Assembly: GCA_965237415.1 (NCBI GenBank)
Contig: CBDEFM010000002.1
Location: forward strand, 992,001 to 1,056,000
Length of the DNA stretch: 64,000 nt
Source of the DNA: Alphaproteobacteria bacterium
Lineage (GTDB): Bacteria > Pseudomonadota > Alphaproteobacteria > UBA828
Direction: 5' to 3'
Shown: positions 38,309 to 48,749 of the stretch, piece after piece
Layout: each line of letters opens with the position of its first letter
Numbering within the stretch: position 1 is the stretch's first letter
The notes under the pieces: generated by a model
The model's input: the letters and a program-made list of their open reading frames with translations, nothing else
What the model was told of the DNA's origin: nothing
Database searches by the model: none
Position numbers and translations under genes: made by a program

Positions 38309-38920
38309 TCATCCTGCCAGCTTTCGCACCTCTCCAGGCGCTGGCGTCCCCTCAGCTTCGAACCCCCAACACGTCCAATTGGGATTGGCCAAGCCGAGCC
38401 CGTCGGGCTCGCGCGAGAACAGCTCGATCTTGCGGAGAAGAGGGAACATTTTGTCTATTCGCAGCCGCACCTCGTCCGGCTTTTGCGAGTGTGACTCACG
38501 CTTGGCCGTGAGAAGCTGGCGGACGTTTCGTGCGCCGCGCGGGGACGGAATCTTACCCTTCTTGAACACGAGACAGAGCTCGCATTGGCTCATGGTGTAG
38601 AAGCCGGGGTTTACCCGCACCTTATCCCACACAAATGCGACCGTGGCCCAGGCGAAGCCCCATGCCTTACCCAGTTCGATCGCCTGGTCCAGGTGCGGAT
38701 TGGTCGCCCACATGAACAAGAGGCAGTCTCTCGCAGAAATACTGGGGACGTCCAACATCTTGAGATCGTCCAGGGTCACGGTCGGATAGTGCCTGACGGC
38801 GCCGCCTGTGTCCTGGCTGCCCTCGCCGGCGTGTTGAAGCTGACCTTTGTAATCCCACGGCGGGTCGGCATAGATGATGTCGAAAGGGCCGGACGGAAGC
38901 GGCGGAAAGGGCATCCCCAT
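38309..38920 (-). CDS. MT-A70 family adenine methyltransferase
   Basis: 'FDIIYADPPW', 'LFMWAT', 'WGF...FVWDK', 'ELCLV', 'HSQKP', 'IELFSR'. Confidence 0.9.
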   Translation of the reverse strand: MGMPFPPLPSGPFDIIYADPPWDYKGQLQHAGEGSQDTGGAVRHYPTVTLDDLKMLDVPSISARDCLLFMWATNPHLDQAIELGKAWGFAWATVAFVWDKVRVNPGFYTMSQCELCLVFKKGKIPSPRGARNVRQLLTAKRESHSQKPDEVRLRIDKMFPLLRKIELFSREPDGLGLANPNWTCWGFEAEGTPAPGEVRKLAG

Positions 38921-38922
38921 CG

Positions 38923-40131
38923 TTACACCTCGTGGCCAAGCAGCCTCTCGTCCAACGGGAACGTGCTCATCAGCTCGATACCTGTCTCGGCGACCAGGAC
39001 CTGCTCTTCCAGCTTCACCCCCTCGCCGCCCTCTTCGTGGCCGATGAAGCTCTCCACGCAGAGCGTCATATTGGGTTCGACGACACCGTCGTAGTCTTGC
39101 CCGCCGTCATAGTCGGCCTCGTAGATCATGTACGGATATTCGCCGGTCGCCCCGATGCCGTGAATCATCACGAAGTACCGTCTTGCGTAGTACGGGGCGG
39201 GAATCGTCCAGGCCGCCTCCGTGATCTCCCGGAACGTCCGCCCCGGCTTGATCAGCGCCATGTTGTGCTGGATCTGCTCATGGGCGAGGCGATAGAGCGT
39301 TCGTTGCGCCGGCGTCGGCCGTCCGTCGCCGCAAAGGAAGGTGCGCGAGAAATCCGCGTAGTAGCCGTGCGGGCCGACGACATCGGTGTCGTGGGCAATC
39401 AGGTCGCCGGCTTGGATCGCGCGGGTGCCGGTCTCCTGAAACCAGGGGTTGGTCCTCTCGCCCGAGCTGAGTAGCCGCGTCTCCACGTAGTCCCCATCGT
39501 TGGCGATCACGTGGCGATGGAACTCCGCCCACAGCGCGTTCTCGGTGATCCCCGGCCTCGCGGCATCCTGCAGTGCCTGCTCCGCCGCCATGACGCACGC
39601 CATAGAGCGCTTCGAGCAGACGATCTCCTCCGGTGTCTTGATCGAGCGCGCCCTTTCGGCCGGCGCCTGAGCGTCGAGGATGGTGAAGCCCGCGTCGGCG
39701 AGATAGCTGACAGCGCGCGCATCGATGCGCTCCAGTCCGATCCGCGTCTCCCCCGGGCAGTGCTGGCGCATCAGCGCGGCGATCTCCCCCGCCCAGACCC
39801 TTGCCGTCTCCTCCAGAAGCGGCCCGCGCGCCACGTAGGAGACCGTCGTGGAAACGCGGATCTCGTCGATCGCCGGATTGTCCCGTTCCAGGTGTTCGCA
39901 ACCCGCGAACTCGAACAAGACGACCGGCCCTTCCAGGGGCACGAACACGTAACGGGCCGGATTGCGCAGGACGAAGGGCATCATGTTCCGCGCGCCGGTC
40001 GCGTAGCGCACATTGTGCGGGTCGGTCAGCACCAGTGCCGCGAATTCGAACCGCGCCATCTCCGCGCGGAGACGCGCCAGCCGGCCCCGCCGAAGGGCCG
40101 TCTCGTCGGGCGCCGGCGGCAACTCGCTCAC
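38923..40131 (-). CDS. M24 metallopeptidase-fold enzyme, DddP-like, copy 2
   Basis: 'DPHNVRYATGARNM', 'ETRLLSSGERTNPWFQE', 'HDTDVVGPHGYYADFSRTF', 'HGIG', 'CVES', 'VKLEEQV'. Confidence 0.82.
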   Translation of the reverse strand: MSELPPAPDETALRRGRLARLRAEMARFEFAALVLTDPHNVRYATGARNMMPFVLRNPARYVFVPLEGPVVLFEFAGCEHLERDNPAIDEIRVSTTVSYVARGPLLEETARVWAGEIAALMRQHCPGETRIGLERIDARAVSYLADAGFTILDAQAPAERARSIKTPEEIVCSKRSMACVMAAEQALQDAARPGITENALWAEFHRHVIANDGDYVETRLLSSGERTNPWFQETGTRAIQAGDLIAHDTDVVGPHGYYADFSRTFLCGDGRPTPAQRTLYRLAHEQIQHNMALIKPGRTFREITEAAWTIPAPYYARRYFVMIHGIGATGEYPYMIYEADYDGGQDYDGVVEPNMTLCVESFIGHEEGGEGVKLEEQVLVAETGIELMSTFPLDERLLGHEV

Positions 40132-40135
40132 GGGG

Positions 40136-42244
40136 TCACTGCGCGACGTGTTGGTCCCGGTCGGGAATGGAGATCACGGGCTCGACCTCGCGCAACTCCT
40201 CGAGCGGGATATGGCAGGCAATCACGTGACGGTCGGCGTTGGTTCTGAGCGGGGGCGGCTCGGTCTCGCAGATTTCGCCGAGCTTGCGCGGGCAGCGCGT
40301 CGAGAACGGGCACCCCTTGGGCGGGTCGAGCGGGCTCGGCAGCGAGCCTTGCAGGACAATACGCCGCCTCTCGACCTCGGGGTCGGCAATCGGCACCGCA
40401 GAAAGCAACGCTTCGGTGTAGGGGTGATAGGGCGGCGAGAAGACTTCTTCCGTCGAGCCGCGCTCCATGATCTGCCCGAGGTACATCACCACCACCCGGT
40501 CGGCGAGATAGCGCACCGCCGAGAGATCGTGGCTGATGAAGAGCAGCGTGGTGCGGTGCTCGCGCTGAATGTCCATCAGCAGCTCCGTCACCGCGGCGGC
40601 AACCGAGACGTCGAGCGCCGAGATCGGCTCGTCCGCAATCACCGTCTTGGGGTTGCCGGCGAAGGCGCGGGCGATGCCCACCCGCTGCTTCTGGCCGCCC
40701 GAGAGTTGACGCGGCTTTCGCGAAACAAAGGTGCGCGGCAGCTTCACCGTATCCAACAGCTCCTGCACCCGCTCCAGCCGCTTGACCGAATTGCGTTCGA
40801 TGCCGAAGCGCTTGATCACCCGGCCGATCTGGTAGCCGACCGAGTGGGACGGGTTGAGCGTGTCGTTCGGGTTCTGGAACACCATCTGCAGCGAAGAGAG
40901 CTGCGCCGCCGTACGCTTGTTGACCGGAATGGCGCCGAGGTCGGTCCCGTCGAGCCGGACCTCGCCGTCGGTCGCGGTCTCCAGCCCCATCAGCACCTTG
41001 GCGAAGGTGGACTTGCCGCAGCCCGATTCGCCGACGATGGCAACCGTCTCGCCCTCGCCCGCGCGGAAGTTGATGCTCTCGTTCGCCTTGACCTCGCGCA
41101 CCGCGCCGCCGGACAGCAAAGCCGCAAACGAACGATCGCGCACCTTGTAGTACTTGCGCATGTTGGTGACTTCGAGGACGGTCTCGCCGACGTCGATCGG
41201 CTCGCGGCTCTCCTCCACGCGCACCACTTCTGTAACGTCGATCTCGTTCCAGCGGGTGCAGCGGACCCTGTGAGCGGGATCGTCGTCGGTGTGCACCTTC
41301 TCGATCGGGATCAGGCCTGTGTCGCACCGGCCGCCCGCAAAGAAGCCGCAGCGCGGGCCGAAATTACAGCCCTCGGGCCGCTGGTGGGGGAGCGGAAGCT
41401 GGCCCTTGATCGAGACCAGCGGGCGCGCGTTCTTGTCGGCATGGGGCAGCGGAATGCAGCCGAAGAGCCCTTGCGTGTAAGGGTGCTTGGGCCAGGAGAA
41501 GATGGAATCGATCGTCCCTTCCTCCACGACCTCGCCCGAATACATGACGCAGATACGGTCGCAGACCTCCAGCATCAGACCGAGATTGTGGGAGATGTAG
41601 AGCAGCGACGAGCCGGTCTTGCGGCTGAGCTCGGCGATCAACTCGACGATCCCCGCCTCCACCGTCACGTCGAGCGCCGTCGTGGGCTCGTCAAGAAGCA
41701 GAAGCGCCGGTTGCGAGAGCAGCGCCATGGCAATCACCACGCGCTGCTGCTGGCCGCCGGAGACCTGGTGCGGATAGGAGATCATCAGGCGCTTCGGGTC
41801 CGGGATGTCCACCGCCGCCAGCATGTCGTAGGCGCGCTGGAAGGCCTCGGCCCGGCTCACACCCTCGTGGATTATCGGCACTTCCATGAGCTGGGCGCCG
41901 AGGGTCAGGCTCGGATTGAGCGATGCCATCGGCTCCTGATAGATCATGGCGATGTCCTTGCCGCGCACGCGGCGGATCTCCTCCTCGGACATCTCGGCCA
42001 TGTCCCGGCCCTTGAACTTGATGGTGCCGCCGACGATGTCGCCGTTGTGACCCATGTAGCGCATGATGCCGTTGGCCACGGTGGACTTGCCGCAGCCGGA
42101 CTCGCCGACAAGCCCGACCGATTCGCCCTTGGCCACGGTGAGATCGAAGTCGTAGACCGCCGGCACCTCGCCGGCCCGCGTGTAGTAGCTGAGGCAGAGG
42201 CCGGTTATCTCGAGGACCGGCGGCTCGTGGCTATCGTCCGACAT
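40136..42244 (-). CDS. Dipeptide/oligopeptide-type ABC ATP-binding protein (two fused ATPase domains)
   Basis: Two 'GESGCGKST' Walker A motifs, two signature motifs and two 'HPYT' C-terminal domains. Confidence 0.92.
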   Translation of the reverse strand: MSDDSHEPPVLEITGLCLSYYTRAGEVPAVYDFDLTVAKGESVGLVGESGCGKSTVANGIMRYMGHNGDIVGGTIKFKGRDMAEMSEEEIRRVRGKDIAMIYQEPMASLNPSLTLGAQLMEVPIIHEGVSRAEAFQRAYDMLAAVDIPDPKRLMISYPHQVSGGQQQRVVIAMALLSQPALLLLDEPTTALDVTVEAGIVELIAELSRKTGSSLLYISHNLGLMLEVCDRICVMYSGEVVEEGTIDSIFSWPKHPYTQGLFGCIPLPHADKNARPLVSIKGQLPLPHQRPEGCNFGPRCGFFAGGRCDTGLIPIEKVHTDDDPAHRVRCTRWNEIDVTEVVRVEESREPIDVGETVLEVTNMRKYYKVRDRSFAALLSGGAVREVKANESINFRAGEGETVAIVGESGCGKSTFAKVLMGLETATDGEVRLDGTDLGAIPVNKRTAAQLSSLQMVFQNPNDTLNPSHSVGYQIGRVIKRFGIERNSVKRLERVQELLDTVKLPRTFVSRKPRQLSGGQKQRVGIARAFAGNPKTVIADEPISALDVSVAAAVTELLMDIQREHRTTLLFISHDLSAVRYLADRVVVMYLGQIMERGSTEEVFSPPYHPYTEALLSAVPIADPEVERRRIVLQGSLPSPLDPPKGCPFSTRCPRKLGEICETEPPPLRTNADRHVIACHIPLEELREVEPVISIPDRDQHVAQ

Positions 42245-42252
42245 ACTGCCTC

Positions 42253-43140
42253 CTAATCCCTGAGCGACACTTCGCGCAGGCCGTCAGCCAGCAGGTTGAA
42301 GCCGAGCACCAGCAGTGACACCGCACAGGCGGGCAGGATCGCCATGTGGGGGAAGCCGCCGGAGACGAAGGCGCGGGTCTCGGTGATCATCCCGCCCCAG
42401 TCCGGGTCAGGCGGCGGCAGGCCGAGACCGAGGAAGCCCAGCGCACCGATGGTGATCGTCGTGTAGCCCATGCGCAGGCAGAAATCGACGATCAAGGGCC
42501 CGCGCGCGTTGGGCAGGATCTCCACCAGCATGATGTACCAGGACCCCTCGCCCCGGGTCTGGGCCGCGGCGATGTAATCGCGGGTGGCGATGTCCATCGT
42601 GACGCCGCGTACGATGCGCATGACGCCGGGCGACGACGCGAAGACGACCGCGAAGATGATGTTGATCCCCGACGCGCCGACCTTCGCGATGATCAGCACG
42701 TAGAGCACCATGATGGGGAAGGAGAGAATGACGTTGGCGACGAACGAGAGAAGCTCGTCCAGGTAGCCCCGGAAGTAGCCGGCCGCGAGGCCCATGAGGA
42801 TGCCCACGACGTAGGCGCAGGCCGTGGCCGCGGTGGCGTAGAACAGCACCCGCTGACCGCCGAAGATGATCCGCGACAGAATGTCCCGGCCCAGGTGATC
42901 CGTGCCCAGCAGGAAGACGCGCCCGTCCGGCCCCTCCGCGCCCGGAAAGACGAAGGGCACCATCGTCGCATTGGGGTCGAAGGGCGCGATGAACTCCGCG
43001 AAGATCGCCAGGATTACGAACATCAGGACGATGGCGCCGCCGATCATGCCGACCGGACTCTCCCGAAGCAGCATGACCGGCCGGAGCGCCGATGCGATAT
43101 TCGTGCCCAGCCTGGCAGCCGGCTCGCGGGCGACACTCAT
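42253..43140 (-). CDS. Dpp/Opp-type ABC permease C
   Basis: 'LGTDHLGRDILSR', 'EILPNARGP', 'LGFLGLGLPPPDPDWG'. Confidence 0.9.
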   Translation of the reverse strand: MSVAREPAARLGTNIASALRPVMLLRESPVGMIGGAIVLMFVILAIFAEFIAPFDPNATMVPFVFPGAEGPDGRVFLLGTDHLGRDILSRIIFGGQRVLFYATAATACAYVVGILMGLAAGYFRGYLDELLSFVANVILSFPIMVLYVLIIAKVGASGINIIFAVVFASSPGVMRIVRGVTMDIATRDYIAAAQTRGEGSWYIMLVEILPNARGPLIVDFCLRMGYTTITIGALGFLGLGLPPPDPDWGGMITETRAFVSGGFPHMAILPACAVSLLVLGFNLLADGLREVSLRD

Positions 43141-43150
43141 GCGGAGCGCC

Positions 43151-44083
43151 TCATTTGAACCGAATCCTCGGGTTCAGGTAGGTGTAGCCGAGGTCGCCCA
43201 CGGTTTGCGTAAAGACGGCAACGAAGACTGCCGCCGTGCCGCAGGCCTCGATGACGAAGATATCGCGCCGGAGCGCCGCCTCCAGCAGCAGCGCGCCGAA
43301 TCCCTTGTAGCCGAACGCGAACTCGGTCACGACCACGCCCGAGAGCAGCCAATTGATCTGCAGCATGATCACGGTGAAGGGCGCGATCAGCGCGTTCCGG
43401 AGCGCGTGCTTCATGATGATACGCCGGTAGGGCAGGCCCTTGAGCACCGCGGTTCGGATGTAGGGCGTGGTCATCACCTCGGCCATCGACGCCCGGGTCA
43501 TCCGCGCGATGTAGCCGAAACCGTAGAGGGTGAGAACGAACACCGGCAAAATCATCTGGACCGGGTCGAAGCCGGAGGTCATCGACGAGGTTCCCGGCAG
43601 CCAGCCCAGCCAGAAGACGAAGATCCCGACGAGGAAGACCGCGCTCGCGTATTCCGGGATCGAGGTGGTGATGATGGAGAAGACCGAGATCGCCCGATCC
43701 TGCGTCGAGCCTTCCTTCATGCCCGCCAGCACGCCGAGGGTGAGCCCGATCAGGACCATGATGACGAAGGTGACGCCGGCCAGGATGCCGGTATTGCCGA
43801 GGCGGTCCCAGAAAATCTCGTTTACGGGCCGCTTGTAGATGACTGATTGGCCCAGGTCGCCGCCAAGCATCCGGCCGATCCACTCGAAATAGCGGATGAA
43901 AATGGAGCGGTCGTAGCCGTTCTCGACGACCCAGGCGTCGAGCTGCTGGACCTGTGCGTAGGGGCCGAGGACACTGCGCGCGATGAGCCGCGGATCGCCC
44001 TCGTTGATGAGGAACAGCAGCAGCGCGACGACCAGCATGATGAGAACCATCATGCCGACCCGCCTTACGATCAGTTGGACCAT
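43151..44083 (-). CDS. Dpp/Opp-type ABC permease B
   Basis: 'GDLGQS', 'RMTRASMAEV..YIRTAVLKGL..KHALRNA', 'LNPRIR'. Confidence 0.9.
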   Translation of the reverse strand: MVQLIVRRVGMMVLIMLVVALLLFLINEGDPRLIARSVLGPYAQVQQLDAWVVENGYDRSIFIRYFEWIGRMLGGDLGQSVIYKRPVNEIFWDRLGNTGILAGVTFVIMVLIGLTLGVLAGMKEGSTQDRAISVFSIITTSIPEYASAVFLVGIFVFWLGWLPGTSSMTSGFDPVQMILPVFVLTLYGFGYIARMTRASMAEVMTTPYIRTAVLKGLPYRRIIMKHALRNALIAPFTVIMLQINWLLSGVVVTEFAFGYKGFGALLLEAALRRDIFVIEACGTAAVFVAVFTQTVGDLGYTYLNPRIRFK

Positions 44084-44135
44084 GTCGGTCTCCGACCGTC
44101 AGACAGTACCCACACGCGCGCAGCTCCCCGCGGCG

Positions 44136-44173
44136 AAAAACGCGGCGCGGGAGCCCGGAGCCTCCCGCGCCGC
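44136..44173 (-). terminator. Intrinsic terminator/attenuator after the binding-protein gene
   Basis: 12-bp perfect stem GCGGCGCGGGAG/CTCCCGCGCCGC followed on the minus strand by GTTTTT. Confidence 0.7.
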
Positions 44174-44180
44174 TCGTCGC

Positions 44181-45905
44181 TTACGCGTCGTCCAACCACA
44201 CGTTGTGGAACTGATGATACAGCGTCGGATGGGTCTGGTGGCCTTTGACCCGCTTGTTCGACGCCTTGTAGACCGAGCGCCAGAAGGGCTGCGGGACGAT
44301 CGCGTCGTCCTGAATGATCTTCTGGCAGACCGCCATCTTCGTCCTGCGCTCCTCAACGTCGAGGGTGCCCTCGGCATCGTCGAGCGCCGCATCGAAGGCC
44401 GGGTTGTCGTAGGCGCATTCGTTCCACGGCACGCCGGCCCGGTATGCAAGGCCGAGCACCATGGTGCCGAGCGGCCGATGCGTCCACGCCGTGTAACCCC
44501 ACGGTGCCTTGTCCCAGACCTCCCAGTACTGATTGGACGGCATCTTGTTGATGTCGATGTCGATGCCCGCCGGCGCCGCCTGGTTCTTGAAGATTGCGCA
44601 GGCGTCCGTCATCCAGGGACCCTCGGTATCGCCGTTGGCGATCTCCAGCGTGATCCCGTCGGGATAACCGGCCTCCGCCAGCAACGCCTTCGCCTTCTCG
44701 ATATCCCGCTTGAGCGGCGGCAGCGCCGCATATTCGGGATGGATCGGGCAGACATGGTGATTCTCGGCAATCTGACCTCGGCCCTGGAACGCCTTGTCCA
44801 GGATCTCCTGGTGGTCCATGCAGGCCGCGACCGCCTGGCGAAGCTTGAGATTGTCGAAAGGCGCCTCGCTGATGCGGAAGCGCATGACCGCGGTCTGCGC
44901 GGTCGTCACCGGGTGAATATCCACGAAGGGCAGAGCCTGCGCCGCGTCGATGAGGTTGTTCGGCAGGCGGAAGACCATGTCCACCTGCTGCGACGCGAGC
45001 GCCGCGATCCAGGCGTTGGTGTCCTCACCATGGTCGAAATAGTGGATCTCATCGAGGTGGAACGGGCCGGCCCACCAGTCCCGCGCCTTCCGCATGATGG
45101 CCCTTTCGCCGAGCGCGTACTCGGCCAGCTCAAACGGGCCGGTGCCGATGGGATTTGCCGAGAGATCGGCATCGTAATCCACACCGAAGCCCCGGTGCAC
45201 GATGGCGGTCGGATAGTTGTAGAAGTTCTCCGGCATGGCCAGAGCGGCCTGCTTCAGGTTGAACTGGATGGTGTGATCGTCGATCACCTCCACCGCGCCC
45301 GCGATGCCCCGCGGCTGGCCGTCCTCGCCCTCCTCGACCATGGCGCCGAAGAGGCCAAGGTTCGATGAACCAACCGCCGGGTCGAGCCAGCGGTTGACCG
45401 TGTGGGCGACGTCGGCCGAGGTGAAGGCGTCGCCGTTCGACCAGGTGATGCCTTCGTTCAAGTGGAACACCCAGGTCGCGAGATCGTCGGAGGCCTCCCA
45501 ACTCTTGGCGAGATAGGGGACCGTGACGTTGTCGGATTTCGTCCGCGTCAGATACTCCACCATGAGGCGCGAGACGTTCGACCTCTCCGTCCAGGGGAAG
45601 GTCGCCGGGTCGGTCATCTCCTGCACGCGCATGGAAACCCTGAGCGTGCCGCCCGCCTTGGGCATCTCGTCCGCCATCGCCGATCCGATGATGCCGCCGC
45701 CGAGCTTGTCGGCCATGGCGTAGACCGTGCCGGTCGCCACGCCGAGCAGCGCCGCCTGGCGCAGGAAATCGCGCCGGCTGATCCTGCCCGTCTGAAGCTG
45801 GTCGCAGAGCTCCGGCATATAGGAGTGAGTCTCGGCGCCTAACGCGCGCTCCGACGGCAGCGTGTACCGCCGCGGGTCACGGCTTAACACTTTCTTGTCT
45901 TTCAT
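44181..45905 (-). CDS. Family 5 (peptide/nickel-type) solute-binding protein, Tat signal
   Basis: 'SRRDFLRQ', 'GGTLRVS', 'PYLAKSWEAS', 'PIGTGPF', 'KAKALLAEAGY'. Confidence 0.9.
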   Translation of the reverse strand: MKDKKVLSRDPRRYTLPSERALGAETHSYMPELCDQLQTGRISRRDFLRQAALLGVATGTVYAMADKLGGGIIGSAMADEMPKAGGTLRVSMRVQEMTDPATFPWTERSNVSRLMVEYLTRTKSDNVTVPYLAKSWEASDDLATWVFHLNEGITWSNGDAFTSADVAHTVNRWLDPAVGSSNLGLFGAMVEEGEDGQPRGIAGAVEVIDDHTIQFNLKQAALAMPENFYNYPTAIVHRGFGVDYDADLSANPIGTGPFELAEYALGERAIMRKARDWWAGPFHLDEIHYFDHGEDTNAWIAALASQQVDMVFRLPNNLIDAAQALPFVDIHPVTTAQTAVMRFRISEAPFDNLKLRQAVAACMDHQEILDKAFQGRGQIAENHHVCPIHPEYAALPPLKRDIEKAKALLAEAGYPDGITLEIANGDTEGPWMTDACAIFKNQAAPAGIDIDINKMPSNQYWEVWDKAPWGYTAWTHRPLGTMVLGLAYRAGVPWNECAYDNPAFDAALDDAEGTLDVEERRTKMAVCQKIIQDDAIVPQPFWRSVYKASNKRVKGHQTHPTLYHQFHNVWLDDA

Positions 45906-46125
45906 GAGTTTGTCCTCCGTTTGTTGCTCCGTGCCGGCACCGCTCGATCCCGATGCAAACAGTGCACCGATCTCGGTAGAGGTGCGCGCGGCCCCATACT
46001 CCCTGCTTTAATCGCCAAGCCTAACCCATAGCCGACCGTCTGTCGCCCTCGTCCCCGGCGAGGGGCAGGCGCGCCGTCGCACCGGGCCGTAATGAGTGGC
46101 GAGGGAGGACGAGTGCAGACACATA

Positions 46126-48612
46126 TCAGTTCCGCATCCGCCCGCCGTTAGGATCGTAGAGCGGCGTGGTCTGCACGCGTGCCGGGAACATCTCCCCCAG
46201 GATCTCGACGTCGAAGCGCTCGTCGGTCGTTGCGATCTCGGTCGGTACGTAGCCCATCGCCAAGGATTGCCCGACGTGATGCGCGTAGCCGCCGGAGGAG
46301 ACATAGCCGACCGCAGCACCCTCCCGCAGGATCGCCTCGTCGTTCGAGACGTCGATGGGCTCGCCGTCGATCATGGGCGAGTCGATGACAAGCGGTACCA
46401 GGCGCTTTGCGGGCCCCGCCCGGCGCTCCGCCTCCGCCGCCGCCTTGCCGACGAATTCCTTGTCCCATTGGATGAAGGCGTCGAGGCCGCTTTCGGCCGC
46501 CGTGAAGTCGGGCCGATAGTCGAGGGTCCAGACACCCCAGGCCTTCTCCAGCCTGAGCGACATCAGCGCGCGCGCGCCGTACCAACGGAGGCCGAGATCC
46601 GCGCCCGCCCCCTCGACCGCCTCCGCCAAGGCAATCTGGTACTGCGGCGCGACGTAGATCTCGTAGCCGAGCTCGCCCGAGAAGCTGAGCCGCGAGACGA
46701 TGGCCGGTACGCCGCCGACGAACATCTGGCGGATATCGCGAAAGCGGAACGCCTCAGCGGACACGTCGGCCCGGGTGATCCGGGCCAGCAGATCGCGCGA
46801 GTTCGGGCCCGAGAGCCCGATGCCGTGCAGGTCATCCGAACGGTTGCGGTAGTCGACGCCCGTTCCGAGGCGTTGCCCGAACCAGCGCCGGTGCGCCTCC
46901 TGCATCGCGCCTGAGCCGAACACCATGAAGTTGTCTTCGGACAAGCACGCGACGGTGAGGTCGCCATAGAGCTTGCCCTTCTCCGTCAGCATAGGGGTGA
47001 GCGCGAGGCGACCCGGCTTCGGCACGCGACCGGCCAGCACACGATTCAGGAAGGCGCGGGCGCCGGGGCCGGTAAACGCGTGCTTGGAGTAGTTGGCGAT
47101 CTCGATGCAGCCCACGGCCTCGCGGACCGCCTTCACCTCCTGCGCCACGTAGTCATGCGCGCGGGAGCGTCGGAAGGACGGATCCTCATGGGCGTCCCCG
47201 GGACCGCCGGCAAACCAGAGCGCGTGCTCCAGCCCGAATCCCTGGTCCATGACTGCGCCATTCGCAACCAGCCGGTCGTAGAGCGCGGTGGTCTTCTGGC
47301 GCCGGCCCTTCGGCAGGGTTTCGTTGGGGAACGTCATCACGAAGCGGCGTTCGTAGTTCTCCGACGACTTGACCGTGCCCCACTCGGGTGTCGCGAACTC
47401 GCCGAAGCGGGCGATGTCCATCGCCCACACGTCGATCGAAGGCTCGCCGTCGATCATCCACTCGGCGATGCTGCGCCCGACGCCGCCGCCCTGGCAGAAG
47501 CCCGCCATGACGCCCACCGCGACCCAGTAGTTCCGCATCCCCGGCACCGGGCCGATCAGGGGGTTGCCATCGGGGCCGAAGGTGAAGGGGCCGCAGATGA
47601 TGTCCTTGATCCCCGCCTCGCCGAGCGTCGGGATACGCTCGAACGACATCTCCAGCCGGTCGGCGATGCGGTCGAGATCGGGCGGCAGCAGCTCCTGACC
47701 GAAGTCGAGCGGCGTGCCGGAGACGTTCCACGGGGTCGACTTCGGCTCGTAGGTGCCGAGCAGGACGCCCTGCCGCTCCTGCCGGAAATAAATGTTGGCC
47801 TCGTAGTCGATGCCGCCCGGCAGGCGGCCGGCCCCCCCCTCCCCCATCCGCTCGACGATCGCCGGGATCGGCTCGGTGATGAGGTAGTGGTGCTCCATCG
47901 GCTGAATGGGGAGCGCGGCTCCCGCCATCTCCCCCACCTCGCGCGCCCACAACCCGCCGCAGTTCACGACGTGCTCGGCATGGACCGTGCCGCGCGGCGT
48001 GACCACGTCCCACGAGCCGTCCGGCCGCTGGTTCGTCTCCACCACCGGGGTGTGCGTGAAGTACTGCGCGCCGTGCACGCGGGCCGACTTGGCGAAGGCG
48101 TAGGTCGCGCCGGAGGGGTCGAGATCGCCGTCGAGCTCGTCCCAGAGAGCCGCGTAATAGTGCTTCGGGTCGATCAGCGGATGGCGCTCCGCCACCTCCC
48201 TGGGCGAGATGAACTCCTGGTCCAGCCCCATGTAGCGCGCCTTGGAGCGCTCGCGCTTCAGATAGTCGTACCAGTCCCGCGTGGACGCGAGATAGAAGCC
48301 GCCGGTGTTGTTCAGGCCGACGGACTGACCCGAGGTCTCCTCAATTTCCTTGTAGAGGTTGATCGTATAGCCCTGCAGGCGGGAGATATTGGGATCGGAC
48401 GAAAGCGTGTGGATCATCCCGGCCGCGTGCCACGACGATCCGGCAGTGAGCTCGTGCCGCTCAAGCAGGATGACGTCCTTCCACCCGAATTTCGCGAGGT
48501 GGAAGAGGATTGAGCAACCGACCACGCCGCCGCCGATGACGACCACTCTGGCATGACTGGGAAGCGGCTTGCCGGCGGTGCCAGCGCTTTCGTCTCGTCG
48601 AATTTCAGGCAT
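46126..48612 (-). CDS. GcvT-family FAD oxidoreductase (dimethylglycine/sarcosine dehydrogenase-like)
   Basis: 'VVIGGGVVGCS', 'GSSWHAAG', 'FTFGPDGNPLIGP'; folate-binding C-terminal region 'SFSGELGYEIY' and 'SLRLEK'. Confidence 0.9.
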   Translation of the reverse strand: MPEIRRDESAGTAGKPLPSHARVVVIGGGVVGCSILFHLAKFGWKDVILLERHELTAGSSWHAAGMIHTLSSDPNISRLQGYTINLYKEIEETSGQSVGLNNTGGFYLASTRDWYDYLKRERSKARYMGLDQEFISPREVAERHPLIDPKHYYAALWDELDGDLDPSGATYAFAKSARVHGAQYFTHTPVVETNQRPDGSWDVVTPRGTVHAEHVVNCGGLWAREVGEMAGAALPIQPMEHHYLITEPIPAIVERMGEGGAGRLPGGIDYEANIYFRQERQGVLLGTYEPKSTPWNVSGTPLDFGQELLPPDLDRIADRLEMSFERIPTLGEAGIKDIICGPFTFGPDGNPLIGPVPGMRNYWVAVGVMAGFCQGGGVGRSIAEWMIDGEPSIDVWAMDIARFGEFATPEWGTVKSSENYERRFVMTFPNETLPKGRRQKTTALYDRLVANGAVMDQGFGLEHALWFAGGPGDAHEDPSFRRSRAHDYVAQEVKAVREAVGCIEIANYSKHAFTGPGARAFLNRVLAGRVPKPGRLALTPMLTEKGKLYGDLTVACLSEDNFMVFGSGAMQEAHRRWFGQRLGTGVDYRNRSDDLHGIGLSGPNSRDLLARITRADVSAEAFRFRDIRQMFVGGVPAIVSRLSFSGELGYEIYVAPQYQIALAEAVEGAGADLGLRWYGARALMSLRLEKAWGVWTLDYRPDFTAAESGLDAFIQWDKEFVGKAAAEAERRAGPAKRLVPLVIDSPMIDGEPIDVSNDEAILREGAAVGYVSSGGYAHHVGQSLAMGYVPTEIATTDERFDVEILGEMFPARVQTTPLYDPNGGRMRN

Positions 48613-48749
48613 GTCGGCGCTCTCCCGGTTTCAGAACGGCCGGCGCACGCATCGCGAATGGGCTGCCACACATCCCCCGCCCTCATACCATCCGAGGGCG
48701 TGGGGCCGTTGGCTTCTATGAGACGTGTTTTCGTCGGATTCCGGCAGGA

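Noticed and set aside
46007-46026. TTAA...CTAAC as a CtrA box
   Set aside because: The spacing does not fit TTAA-N7-TTAAC.
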